A stretch of DNA of 64,000 nt from Negaprion brevirostris (GCA_030324005.1 JARDVH010000163.1:23476143-23540142), one strand, 5' to 3'. Counted from the first letter of the stretch, positions 36,739-50,019 are shown. The notes: generated from the letters alone by a model not told the origin. Translations and numbers: made by a program.

Positions 36739-38796
36739 CCTGCGTCAGTAGGAACTTCCTCAAACAGTTTGGAAACGGTCTCAAGGGCTGCCGAATGCCA
36801 AGGTTGGCAAGTTAAAAAGCCTGAATATTGCTCTGAGATGTCGTCGTACTTGTAATTAAAAATGATAGGACACATTAGCCATCACCCCATACTTTCCCCC
36901 GGAACCATGCATGCCATCTAATGCTCCCACCCATATTCATGGCCTCTGTACCCTTCTTGCCAATCCATACATCCTATTCACCAATGGCCTGACATTTCCT
37001 GTGTCCCCCTTTCTTCTTCTACTCATGCCCAATGGCCCCTCATGCTCTCCATGCAAACACGTGCCACTTAATCATCCCCAAGATCCTTTATAATTCCTAT
37101 ACCAATTAATTGAATACATTTAAATCCCTTCAAGTACTTAATCCATTATTAAAACAAACTTGTATTCATTGTCCCATGTTAGCAGTACTAATACTTTTAA
37201 CACCACTTGTAAACTGTATACTCACAAACTCATAATTGTGATAATGGTAGATAATGGAAGCATTCAAGCAACATTAATATAATGATAACCCTAAGGCTTA
37301 TTTGAACAAACATGCAACGTATTGAAGTTGCAAGCACCAATTTTTTTCACCAGCAGGCCTCTTTCAGAATTAAAAGAGCAGGGATTTAAAATAACATGAC
37401 AGCTTAACTGTTCTACAGACCCCTGTCCACTTTTTATGCAAATTCATGTTAAACCCAATTTTACTATCAATTCCAAATCACCTGAACTCAAAGGACAGCT
37501 GACCACAACAAGAACTCTGGCAGGCTTAGATCATTTCCTCCAATCCTTAATGCCACAGGCCATGTTTTGGATGTTCCAGTGATAAAAATTGCTTCAGAAT
37601 GAAGACTGAAGAACTTTTAAATCTATCTACCTTCATGAACCTCGAACGTGTAAACTACATTCTACCAACTGTCCCCTCCACCGCCGCCACCTGGTGAAAA
37701 TGGTGGCCACTGGATATGGGGGAGTGGCATCTGGATTTGGGGTCTCGGGTACCATTTTGGCTAAGACACTGAGCCCTTACACCATAGCAGAAACTCGGAT
37801 CAATGAATAGCAGCTTGAATGTCATTCAAGGTTGTGAAAGCAATGGCTTTTTTAAAGCAAATTTCTGAATGAGTGTTTTTTCATGAACATTTTAATATTT
37901 GCCATTGATATTACATGGCTCATTTGTTCTGTACATCATGCATACAGGGTGAGGGGATTTGGAGTTAGCAAGGAAAACATGGAAGAGGCATTGGTAAGAC
38001 CTTTTTGTACATACAGTTCAAAAGGTTCCTGAATCCAGACTGTGGTCCATGACCTCCCTGAGGGGTCGTGAACCATGGGTCTTCAAGAAACTGGCCCAAT
38101 TCCATGAAAGTTACAGGGGCAGGGCAGAGGAGAGAGCGTTGGGTGATGGTGCTGGGTTATGGGATACCTACCCTGCAATCAAACAGACCAGGTTGGGCGT
38201 GTATGGTGTAGGAAGTGTTTGTAATCTGCACCCTTATCCGTCCACGCCAGTGAGAATTGCCAGCGCTGGAGTGGAACTCTAGGAATCAAGTCCCACCTGC
38301 CATTCCTAGAGTGTCCTGGAGTCAGCCTGACTCTTCAAATATCCTGCCCCTTGTGTTTTTTTTCCTTTTGAAGACTGTTCATCAGTTAACAAGCTGACTA
38401 TAAAGCCCCATTGTATTAGTACAGCCTTTCCTGCTCTCAGAGTGTTCATTTTTTTTCAGTCCTGATGTTACTGTTCCCATTCCCAAATTGCATGGCTTCT
38501 GACTCTTGTAGTTCAGTGGCAGCTTGGTGGTTGTGGAGAGGTTGGCTGCTTTAGCTTTCTGTTCCCTGTTCCAGCTCCTGTTCTACTGCCTTGTTCCCTC
38601 CTTCTCCAAGTACTGTATGTTTTTTAGATCAAGTGGCTTGAATATTTTTATCTAAAAATTATTGCTGGCACATAAGATATAAATATTAATAGACAATTCC
38701 ATAATACACCAAAAGGAGTGACTCTATTTTCAGAATCTATATTCTCTTCCTTGAAAGTTTTGTTGGCCATAAGCTGTTGCAGATTTTCACAACCTT

Positions 38797-39769
38797 GGAA
38801 GGAATTCTCCCAAAAAAATTCTAAATGTTGAATTTGCAAGAAGACTGGAGTAATTCATGTTGTTTCTTTTCAGTGGGAGTTCACACTAGTATCTCCCACA
38901 CTCTGTGCCACCCAGAGGCCACCACCATGAGTATCATTAGATTTCAAGGAGCGGGACCTATTCACGTAGGAGAGACTGAAAGCAGCAGGCCCCTGCACAT
39001 GAGCAGTGCCCCAAAGTGTCAGCCTTTCGTTTAGTAGCCAGTTCAATTGCTGGCTAGCCCGGGACCCCCACAGGGTTGTCCCCCCAAACTAGCAATGACG
39101 ATCCCCCCAACTCCTTGCAGGCAGACTCCCTCCTCCCCACACAACTTGCCCTGGTCATTGGCCACCTTCCAGCCCCCATCAATTGCAGTGGCAGAGTGGC
39201 AGCGGGACCCCCCCCCCCCCCCCCCCNNNNNNNNNNNNNNNNNNNNNNNNNNNNNNNNNNNNNNNNNNNNNNNNNNNNNNNNNNNNNNNNNNNNNNNNNN
39301 NNNNNNNNNNNNNNNNNNNNNNNNNNNNNNNNNNNNNNNNNNNNNNNNNNNNNNNNNNNCCCAGGGGCCCCCCCGCCCCCCCACCCCCCGGGGGGGGGGG
39401 GGGGGGGTGGGGTGCTCTTGATTGCACCCACTTCACTCCGTGAGGTTAGGCCACTGGTTCCCTGTTAGTGGATAACTAGTGTAATCCCCGCTGGAGTGAA
39501 ACACTCTGGCAGGGTGGGAGATGCTAGCAGGCCCAGAGAATTCAGTCCCGGGCCCACTCGTAGCATTGAAATGGTATGTGAAATCCTATTTAAATGATAG
39601 CTGCGTGCCTCAGCCAATATCCAGCATGCAGATGCCACTGGAAACCTGGGCCTGGGAGATGCAACCATGGCACGAACGCTCATGGGAACTCCACACATCG
39701 GCAGATGGGCGATTCTCCTGGCCCGCTGCACTAAAAAAATTAGCGCAGCGGTTTGGGAGAATTGCAACC
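38797..39769. mobile_element. Non-autonomous DNA transposon, probably PIF/Harbinger-derived
   Basis: 15-bp imperfect TIRs ggaaggaattctccc / gggagaattgcaacc flanked by CTT on both sides (candidate 3-bp TSD); homologous to 62645-63570. Confidence 0.7.
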
Positions 39770-40089
39770 CTTGTCTATGGTGAAATCAATGAAAGTCTCG
39801 AATAATGCAGGATATCATTGGGATCGAGTGGAGAGCAATTCCCCCGACTTGCCCCTCTAGTCTGTTTACAAGTGTATGGCTTGATATTTATTACAGAAAT
39901 ATTATCATTTGAATGTGGTAACAACGGTTTGATGAAAATTAGACATCTGACAATTGGTTCCTTAAAGAATAAAAGGCAGTTGCCATCAGATCTTTACTGT
40001 TAAAAGCAGTGTCCCTTTAAATGGCATGGTTTTCTGGAGAATGCGCACTGAGATTTTCTCCATTTCTGACTGATTGCACTGGGGATTTA

Positions 40090-40300
40090 TACAAGAAACC
40101 GCAGGTTAGCCGTTTTCAGCTCTAACTGCAGGACCGAGTACAACGCTGCTTTATCCTGTATGCTCCTGTGCTGGTTGGACAGGGGGTGTGGAAGTGAGGA
40201 GGGGGGGTGGGGAGGAGATTGGCGGTATGTGAGGAGGCGTGGAGAATTGCCTTGTTAAACCATCAGCTGAGGGGCCCACAGGAAATGAACTCTCCATCCT
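40090..40300 (+). promoter_or_regulatory. Putative TATA-less promoter (Sp/KLF GC/GT boxes, inverted CCAAT, ETS-like site)
   Basis: GGGTGTGG (~40184), GGGGTGGGG (~40204), ATTGG (40218), GAGGCGTGG (~40234), CAGGAAAT (~40279); local CpG retention; upstream of a candidate exon. Confidence 0.5.
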
Positions 40301-40711
40301 CCAGTTAATATTGACCTCCTGGCTTTTGTCCAAGTTGTGTTGCAGTTGACTAGCAAAGCAGCACAGTTTTACCATTCAGTACTCGGTCGACTCCTACAGC
40401 GTATGGCAGCTTTGAGACGAATGTTATTGGAGAACGCTGCTATTTATTCCATCGACAAGAAATCACTTGAGCCATAAACAGTGAATATGCAAAACGAGTT
40501 CTACTTTTTATAATTTAAAGAAAACAAAATGTTGGGATGTAGGATTGTGCCCCTGAGAAAAAGCGTCAGTTTTCCTAAGTCATGGGAAGTTGAGGATTTT
40601 TTACTCCAGGGAGAGTGAAATGGATAAGTTGGAATTCTGGACTTGCTTAAAGAGAGAACATTATAAACTTGATAACCTAAGAAACTAAGGGAAACAGAAC
40701 ACGGCACAGGC

Positions 40712-40774
40712 ATGCGTCGCTTTGACAAACTGAAGAGATCCTTTCCTTTTCTGGCACGTTTTCATGTTTATAAA
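40712..40774 (+). CDS. Candidate alternative first coding exon, MRRFDKLKRSFPFLARFHVYK (phase 0), unidentified gene
   Basis: ggcATGc with purine at -3, 21 open codons with retained CpGs, ending exactly at AAA|GTAAGT (consensus intronic donor hexamer); promoter-like cluster upstream. Confidence 0.62.
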
Positions 40775-41734
40775 GTAAGTTGGGTGGTGTTTATGATTTA
40801 TTACTAGTTATTAGTAAAAGAACAGTATTTGTTGACAGACCTAGATTTATAAAGTGGAAATGTGCATTTTTCCTAAGACTGTTGAATGTCAAAGAGAATT
40901 TACTGATGCTGCACATACACCTGACATGAGTGAATATGAGTGCACAGAGCATGTAAAGGTTCAGTATCCCACACCTGGATATATACTAATTTGCTATATA
41001 CTGTTAATGCATTACCATAAAATATCACTGCAACGTGTGCAGGTACCTCTGCCCGCCGAATGCAAATTTTTCTGGTCACCAACGCAAGTATAAGATAGTC
41101 TTCTGTGTCTTGCAGTTACACTGACACTTTCATATATGTTAGTAATCAAAGGAAATTATATCCCTTAGTGTCATAAAAGCCCCCACAACAGCTGCATGAC
41201 ATTCTGTGGGCTTGGTTCAGAAGTTACAACAAAGAGTGATTTAAAAAAAATGCTTCAATTCTTTTGATTATTTTCTGTAAGGTTGTTTACCAGTTAATCC
41301 TAGCTGATTTTTCCTTAGATAATTTCCTGAGAAGCAACTTGAAATATTTAAAATGTGAACATTTCTTGTAAGTATAATCAACTTGAGCAGCTGATCTCAT
41401 CAGAGCTGGAATACTGATTTGATACAAAAACATTTCAGCAATCAATTAATTGGTCTGATCATGTTTCAACAATTTTCTCCTGGGATGAGCTGGTTCCGGT
41501 TCAAATGAAAAAAGCATCAACTGCTGGAAATCTGAAACAAAGGCACAGAATGTTGGAAATAGACAGCAGGATTGTCCTCCTTTTAAAAGAAACAACAACT
41601 GAATATTTCACTTATCCAGTCGGATCTATATCTGAAACTTCTATCTTCTCTTTTCAGATGCTGATGAACTTGTTCGGAGTTTGCAGGCTTTGAGCTCCAG
41701 TTTATCTCCTTTCAATTCTTTTGCCCTCTCCTGA

Positions 41735-41890
41735 GGCATTTTAGCCAGGAACGAGTTCTGTCCTGTGCTCACTCAAACTGCACACAAGTCCTTTCCAAAA
41801 GTATGCACTAAATAATCAGGAATAGAGCTTCTGCCTACTGTTTACCTTTCCCTTGCTAACTTACTAAGTGTATACTAATGTAATTGTCTG
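41735..41890 (-). mobile_element. AmnSINE2-like fragment
   Basis: 'ggcattttagcc..ctgtcct...cacacaagtcctttcca...cactaaataatcagga'. Confidence 0.4.
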
Positions 41891-42009
41891 TATCAACAGT
41901 GTCAGCAAGCTACCTTGCCTGCCCTGGATTATACTGGAAAATGGCAAGCGTGTTGCCCACAATTTTCCATCCTTTGACTGTGATTTTCTGTCTTTGTGCC
42001 CAAAATTTT

Positions 42010-42172
42010 CCCTTTATTGGCCAGGACATTGAGTACAAGAGTTAAGAAATCATGTTGCAGCTATATAAAATCTTGGTTAGGCCACATTTGGTGTATTGCG
42101 TGCAGTTCTGGTTGCTACACTACCAGAAGGACGTGGAAGCTTTGAAGAGAGTGAAAGAAAAGGCTCACCAAG
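42010..42172 (+). mobile_element. CR1 fragment
   Basis: MLQLYKILVRPHLVYCVQFW...KDVEALKRV. Confidence 0.9.
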
Positions 42173-42499
42173 ATGCACACTGGTGGCAAGTAAGGCTACT
42201 TGTTGCAAACTTAGAAAAAGCAACCCTATGTTACCTTGCAGTGTGTAAATCATAAAGTAGATGAAAAATGTGGAAGACAGAGAAATATGTTTTGTGCCAA
42301 GTATTCTCCCATTGCTTGTTTGGGGGTTTGGTAGGGGGGAGGGAACACTATCATATTAATTGACTTTTAAAAATATCAGTATGATTTTTATCAGTGGACC
42401 TGGTGGAGATCTACTTCATGAGATCCCCTGCTATGATAGTGTTCCTGGTATGGAGATGCTCCAGGATGGTTTTATTATGATAGTGGCCACTGCTTTCTT

Positions 42500-42815
42500 T
42501 GTAATCTCATCCAGCCCTTTTCAGGATATCTGTACTTCTCCAATTCCAGCCTCATGAGCATCTCTGAAGTGAATCATCTCACCAGTGGTAACTGCCTTCA
42601 ACTGTCAATGCTCCAAAACTCTGGAATTTCCTCTTTTAAACCATTCTGTCTCTCTACCTGACTTTCCTCCTTTAAGATGCTCATTAAAACCTACTCTTTG
42701 GACCAAGATTCTGATCATTTGTCTCAATATCTCCTTGTATGGCTAGGTGCCATTTTGTTAGATATCGCTGTTGTGAAGCATATTGGAAAGGTGCAACACT
42801 AAACAAAAGTTGTTC
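42500..42815 (+). mobile_element. L2 LINE 3' end
   Basis: 'ctctggaatttcctc', 'tttaagatgctcattaaaacctactctttggacc', 'gtgaagca'; homologous to 54670-54965. Confidence 0.75.
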
Positions 42816-45800
42816 CTATGAATCAATCTAAAACTATCTGACCCCACTACCAGCTAGGTTTGCAGGTTGCAGTTGTGCTGCTAATGGGTTATGGAGTAAC
42901 TCAGTCGTTGGCGGATGAGGACAGTGGGATCATGTGATACAAATGCAGTGACATCTGGGTTGCAGATGATGTGGGTGATGACTTCGCAAAAAGGAATGGA
43001 AAGGAAAGCTGTAGAGCAAGCAGATTAGAGCAAAGCAGAGTTTTGGAGGAAATCAAACAGTGTGATGCAGGTGTGGAACAGATGGGCGGAAGTGTATAAA
43101 AAGAACAACCTTTGAGGCAGTCATTGGACTGGAAGAGAATAAGAATAGCAAAAAGCAGGCTGTTGTATCTGTCTGGATTTGAAAGGAATTTTTGCAGCTT
43201 TTAGATGGTTAATTTCTTTGTTTATGAGGAATGGAACAATGATGTGTGCACAGTTTTAGGATTGCTTCTCACTGCAGCATGAGTATAAAATGATTACAGT
43301 GGGAAAAAACCCCAGAGAGCACAAACTTTGCATCAATTTTATTCATATTGAAGCATTGATGAAGTGTGAGTAACAGTGCTATATTATGCCATTAGTTGCA
43401 TTTAGTCCTTAATAATTACACTAAGCTTTGGCATGTTTAGGTATAGCTTGGGTCAGATCCCAAGTTCCTTTATTCCTTTATGTTGTGCTTATATGTGTCC
43501 GATAAGGACCAGGCATGCTTTTGTCTGAGGGCTATTTTTAAAATGGCAGATGTGAGATGAAAAGGATGAAAATGAGAACAGCAAATTACAATAATTTAAG
43601 GCCTTCACCTTTTTGAATCAATAAGAGTAATAAATCCCTTAGAATTGCTCATTTTTGTGGAAGAGGATGTTGTATGAAATCAATGTATTTGTTTTGTTGG
43701 GATGATTCTTCTGCCAGCTTTCCCTGGGTGTCCTGCCTCTGATTGAGGTTGCAGCTGTTGCAAATGTTGTTTTTTCACACTGGGTAGATGAAATTCTTGT
43801 ACCTTACCAATCTGGCATGATGGATCTTCATATTCCTGTGGAGAGAGTCAGCACTGCTGTGCAGCTTGCGTCCCAGTGCTTCCATGTCATTCACATCTCA
43901 ATTAAATATTAGTAAAGATGCTTTTTGTGTATATTTTTGACTAGTTAAAATACTGTTAAATATAAGAGGTCATAATTTTCTCGTGGGGGGCGGTTTGCGG
44001 GATATTGTATCTCAAGTGCAAATTTTTTGAACCTAGATCGCTTTATTCTGAACTGTGAACCTGATGTGCACTCTTTGCCTTGCACCCTCACCCTTCACAC
44101 ACACACCCACTGCTGTGTGACATTTCATTTCCTGTATACTGTATGCTCAGGTTTTGTCCAGTGAAAGTTGTCAAGTTCATGCTATTTGTGCCTCATTTAA
44201 AAGCTTTGTGCTGCAGAATGCTCACTTTGGAGCGGTAACAAGCCGACAAATTGTATGGCTAAATTTGAAGCTATGTCTTGCCTCTAACAGAGTTGTTCCA
44301 AAATCTACTGTTTCTCTTCAGTCTATTTTTTCCTGCTATGACTGGACTACCAGTCGGAATGAAAACACAATCTTTCAATTGGTGCAAGCATGTACTTATG
44401 AATATAGATGTTTGCTTTTGGTCTTGTGCACTGTGCGTTTTTCCTAGCTGTGAAGGTGAGGCTGTTCCTCAGCACTCATTTTACACATATTTCCTTCAGT
44501 CAGCAATTTCTGTGATTATAGTAATGAGCAATACCAGAGATACTGGGCGTTTAAGCAGCCTTGTGGGTGTTGGGGAAAATACATATGACATTGTAGAAGA
44601 TGGACTGATTCATCAAACCGATTGCACACGCACGATGGTTTTAGCATCATGACGTCTTCNNNNNNNNNNNNNNNNNNNNNNNNNNNNNNNNNNNNNNNNN
44701 NNNNNNNNNNNNNNNNNTGTTGCAGGAAAATTTAAAAAAAGTACAATAAGTGAAAAAATGCTCTGGAAAATTCTCCCCGATTCTTCTTTCATGCAACCAA
44801 AAGCATATGATGCAGTCTGTAGATTTGCCTTCCAGTTCAGAACTGGAGCATGACAGACATCTGTTCTGAGTGTTTCAAGCTCAGTAAAAAATGTGGTTGA
44901 GTGCGCCAGCAGGCAGTGATGTTCTGTTTTGTTAACCAGCTGCATAATAAAAAATATTTAGCCAGAGGAGGCGTTGAATCGCCCACTTCAAGAGATGATT
45001 GCTTGTGACCACTCTGTTTCCTGCTCGGCAGACTCTAATTGGCACAGTATCGTTTATTCTGTACCGTTTTGTGCAGAGTGAGTGTCTTGAAGATAACAAA
45101 CTTACTTGATGCTCACAAAATCAAATTTATTTGTCTGGTGTGAAATATGCCACATAGAGCACAACTCCTTTTAAAGCCATTTATGAACAGTGACAGTACT
45201 GTGCTTTTGTAGAGAAAACACTTAACTCCCAGCTGCATCATTCATACTTCAAGATGGCCTGTACAAAAGTGGATTATGTTCTTGCAAATTCAGTGCTTCA
45301 TATTTAAAAGCTGAATTATAAAAGATGAAATCCTAGTGTTTGCACTCTTACAAACTGATCTTCTTTACAGCTCTGGATTGATCTATTCTTAGTGGCTAAA
45401 ACTCATGTTGTGCAGTCACTGCAATGGAGCTTTTAACAAATTAGTGCATCTGAATTTAGAATGGCTTTTTCACTCATTCATAATCATTGTAGTGTTGTAA
45501 AAAATTGTTTTATTTCATGCACAAATGCTAACTGTGATTGAGCCCTCTAACACAAGTTATTGTCTGAAAAGGTTATGGAACAGACAGAGTGTACTATAGG
45601 ATAAGAACATTGCATATTTAATTTTATATACTTTTGATGATGGAGTAGGTTATTTATTTATAATTTACAGTTTATAAGGTGCTGGTAGTATTTGTTTTAA
45701 CATGTCCCTTGTGCAGCATTAATTTAAATGGCAGGTAACTTTTGTGAAGGATGAAACCTATAACCTCATTGGATGATTTTATTAATTTGCCACTTACTTT

Positions 45801-46984
45801 CCTCACAATTGCATTTTGCAATTGGGTGGGATGGCAGCAAAAAATTACTGTTGCCTCCTGGCCCTGGGCTTCATTTCTCATCATTACACCCCAGTCTTTT
45901 AGACTGCTGTCTCTACTAATGACTTCCTGTTTCCCACCTACTTAAATGTAAATACTAGTGGGAAGGGACAGGGTTCAGTTTCCTTAGTAGGCATTGCTCT
46001 CATTTTTCCTCTTGCCACTTTCATTGTGAATTTTTGACGTGGATGAATGCCTTAAACAAAATGTTTTTATGTCTTAGTAGCCTGTATTGCAATTTTGCAC
46101 CACTCCTTTTGTGATTGTGGCAACAATTCTATTATACATACTTTGCCATGCAATGAATATAACACGTTATTTGGAGGCTTTGGTCAGCATGCTCGTCTAT
46201 CCTTGTCAAATTTATAGTTAACTGTTAAAATTGCATCTTCATAACAAAGTAGGATATTTTTTGATTGCCAGGTGAACAGAGCTTTTTGAGCTGAGATTTT
46301 AGTTCTTGCTCTGGATCACCAACATGAGCAGTGTGTGGAATTGGGACAATTTGGGGATTGTGGGGGTAGTGATGCAGTTTTTCCACACAACTCAAATGAA
46401 GTTCAGTAGCAGCTGAAGCATAAGTAGTGGTCCTGTAGAAACCCATAATCCCAAAGGAGTTGGTGTTACAGGTCAAATAGAATTGTTTTCTCTGTCATCT
46501 GTAATATTCAGCAGTATGGGTCTGCAAGGATCTCTAGGGTACTGCACGTATAATTAATCATTCTATTCTCATGCTTTCAGGTTGAATTTTAATCATTTTG
46601 TGAAATTGTATAAAGGACATCCCCTTCCTGTTTGCTTGGCTTTTGGCTTCATTTTGCTGGAAAGGCAGTTTGTTACAATCAATATAGTTGTGTGGTTTGT
46701 GAAGGAATTTTTCATGACTGACAGAGTGCTTGTTTTTTTCAGTCGCACCTTGCATGAAATTCTATTTAATGCATATCGAAAGGCTGGAATTTAAAATTCT
46801 TAAGCAATGCTATGCTTGTTTTGGCAATGATCAAGAGGAATATTGTGATCCTAGTGATTTTCAAATGGGTTAGAAAAATTCCACCTGCATATTTACAGTG
46901 TAGACCAGAATGGCAACACAGTATACCACCAGTAGAACACAGATAGGTTTCAAGAGACAGTCTGCCTGACATCTTTTTCTAACT

Positions 46985-47370
46985 CAGCTCAGTGGTCGCA
47001 TTTTCACCACTGAGTCAGACTGTTGTATATTCAAGCCTCACTCCAGAGATTTGCACACATGATCTAGGCAGTGCGGTATATCGGAAATGATATCGTTTAG
47101 ATGAAATTTTAAACCAAGGCTTTCTGCTCCCTTAAGTGCACATAAAATACCCTACGACACTATTTAATGAAGAGCTGCAGTTGTCCTGATATTCTGGCCA
47201 AGATTTATTCCTAAATCAACACCTAAAACAAATTATATCAGTCTGACAGTGGGATATTTTGTGCACATATGATTCTTACATTACAATAGGGACCACTCTT
47301 TAAACTACTTTACTGGTTGTAAGGTGCTTTGCAATGTCTGAAGTCAGGTATGGTATATAAATGTGAACTT
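46985..47370 (+). mobile_element. SacSINE1-type DeuSINE
   Basis: tRNA head 'ctcagtggt..ctgagtcaga..ttcaagcctcactccagaga'; core 'gatgaaattttaaaccaaggc', 'gaagagc', 'ctggccaagatttat'; L2-type tail. Confidence 0.8.
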
Positions 47371-47899
47371 TTGTTTACAAAATGTGAGCTTTTTTTGTTA
47401 AAACAGCAACTTTCATATTGTGATTGCTTCTCATCCCCTCCTATGACTAAATAAGTCTGTTAACATAGATGAAAGAGGTCTTAGTAAAACAATATTTAAA
47501 TTAGAGTTGCATGAAATTAAATGAAAAATATCTCTGACCTGAGAGAATCCACCTCTTGCTCTTTGTGGTTTCTCATTGTATTTTATGTTTTTGACAGACG
47601 AAAGTGTAATATTGCAAATCCTTACTTTAGACATATTGGTTGGTTATGAAAGAGACTTGGTTTCACCCTAAATGTCATAATGGCAAGAAACCCGGAGCTA
47701 TCTGTGCCAATCTGTCAGGTGCAGTCTGGACTGCAATCATTCCACCCTTGAGTCATTTTTTGGGAGAGTGATGAGTTGCGTGCCAATTCTTGGGGGTGGG
47801 TTGGGAGCACCAAAAAGCTGGTGAGCCCGGCTGCAAAGTGGGCATACCGTTCTCTCAGTGCAATGGGAAACCATCCCCCTCTCCCCACCCTTCCCCCAA

Positions 47900-49130
47900 G
47901 GACATCGGGACCCTCCTCTGTGGAACCTCTTGTGGCTGAAGAGTGCAGTGTGAGATTGGCATGGATGAAAGTGGAACTTGGCAGTTCATGTTGTTGGTGC
48001 CTGAGGATCTTCTGCAGCTGTGTCTGCACATGATTGGATACAGTGCTTTTCCAGGATGGTGATCTGCTATGCACCAGCTTGTAAAGCTCTTTTTAGGGTT
48101 GCCCCGAGACAGTTGTCCATAGAACATTTGCATTGGGCTTTGTTGTCAGCCATTTTAAGTTGAATTTTCTGGAGGGTGTTTTGAACCCAGCATGATGAAG
48201 GACCTCATTGTTGGTGATTTTTGGCTTGTTATCAAATTCTCATGATGGACTCGGGTATCTTTGGTAGAAGCGTTCCAAAGCTTTGTGACANNNNNNNNNN
48301 CAACATTCTATCCCATACAACAGAATGGTGAAGACTGTGGCCCAACAAAATTCAATTTTAGTCTTGAGCTGAAAATCATGTTACTTTCAAACATGATGAT
48401 GGAATTTGCAGAGGCAAAATTTTGCTTTCCTTGTGCATGCACTGATCTGTTCATCAACAGTGGCCTTAGAGAGCACAATGCCGAAGGTACACCACTTTCC
48501 TATACCCTTGAGACTGATATCACCAACAGTTATTTCTAGTGCTTTATCATGTGTGCCTGGCGGTGATTGAAACATAATTTGATTTGGGGAACACTGATTT
48601 GAAGACTAAAGTTTTTAGTAGCACTTAAATTTGTTTGCTCTGCATGTCTTCCTTGTGGGCAGCCAGGGAATGGCTGTTTGCATACCAAAGCTTTCTGCTT
48701 ACTGTCTTTGTGAGTTTGGTGGAGATTGAAGAGCTTCCCCGAATGAGACCTAATGTTGATGCCTGAAAGTATGCCTCTGGTGGCTCCCTTAAGCTTTGCA
48801 GCAAAGAAGAGATTGAAGAGTTACCTTAATGCTTCTGTTTGCTGCAAAGACCTCATCCATCTCACATGTCCAAACATGCATACAGTGTGCACTAAATTTT
48901 GATGTGTCTGGACATCCTAACTTGAAGAGCAAATGCCATAGACCAGATTGACTCCCGCTCTCAAAAGTGTTACTTAAATCTATGGACAGCATATATAGAT
49001 CATGATGCTGCTCTGTGCACTTTTCTTAGAGTTGTCTTGCTTAGAATACCATATCAACTGTTCCACAGTTGGCCCTAAAGCCACACTGTGATATTATGGT
49101 GACCAATTAGGTGTGAAGTACTCCATATCA
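47900..49130 (-). mobile_element. Ancient RTE-clade LINE fragment
   Basis: Minus-strand peptides GINIRSHSGKLFNL, LKTKIEFCWATVFTIL and MFYGQLSRG resemble RTE motifs GKLFNL, TKLxVYxA and LYGEL in the right order. Confidence 0.65.
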
Positions 49131-49641
49131 ACGTGCTAATGATTGAATTATTGTTGGAACTCGTGATTGTGCAAACTAATTTTGTGTCTAATTAATGAGG
49201 ATTAAGCAGCGTGATATGGCAAATTTAATCAAAGGGTAAATTTCTGTTCCAAACCCAATTATTGACAGTCCAATGATTCTTTTCTTTCTCCCAATCCTTG
49301 TGCTAACCCACAATTACACAACATAACTAAGCAAAAGAATGTCCTTTTTAATTCTTTCAAGGGATGAGTGGCAAGGCCAGCGTTTGTTGCCTATCCTGAA
49401 TAAATCCCTGCTTAAATATTCTTCGAACTTTTATCACTTGGGATGGAAGTGTGTGACAAGTTTCCACTGCAGTTGGAACTTTACTGGCCAAGGGATCTGT
49501 TTCAGAAGTTGCTTCTGTTCACCCATTGTTCTCATCGTGGCTGCAGTTCTAATATTATTGCACCTGGCGTATAATATTACGCCATATTATGACCATGTGG
49601 CAAGTGAGAAAGGAGGAATTCCTCATCTGTTACTTATTCTG

Positions 49642-50019
49642 TGGATGGCACAGTGTCCAGAAGTGGTGCTTCACAGTGCCAGGGACCAGGGTTTGATTCT
49701 GGCCCTGGGTGACGGTCTGTTTGCAGTTTGCACATTCCTGCTGTGTCTGTGTGGGTTTCCTCCAGGTGCTCTGGTTTACCCCCACTGTCCAAAGATGTGC
49801 AGGTTAAGTGGATTGGCCATGCTAGAGTGCCCCTTAGTGCCCCTCAAAAAAATGCCTAGGTTAGGTGTATTAGCCATGTTAATGTGGGGTTATGGGGATA
49901 GGGCAGTGGTTGGGCCTCGGTGGGACGCCCTTTCAGAGAGTCAATGAGACTCTCTTTCAGAGAATCGGTGCAGACTTGAAGGGTTAGATGGTCGCCTCCT
50001 GCATGCTAGGGATTCTATG
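49642..50019 (+). mobile_element. HE1-type V-SINE, near full length
   Basis: tRNA head with B box 'gggtttgattc', V-domain, tail 'ggtgcagact..gggattctatg'. Confidence 0.9.

Noticed and set aside
39043-39468. Poly-Pro/Gly ORFs and long C/G runs suggesting G-quadruplexes
   Set aside because: Homopolymers at gap edges inside a TIR element; base calls unreliable
16655-40774. Assigning the candidate exons to a named multi-promoter gene such as NEDD4L
   Set aside because: Only superficial likeness (exon length, phase, acidic end); no sequence match I can vouch for, so no symbol is given
49339-49947. 202-aa plus-strand ORF
   Set aside because: Second half reads through an HE1 SINE and the start overlaps a SINE tail; no domain similarity
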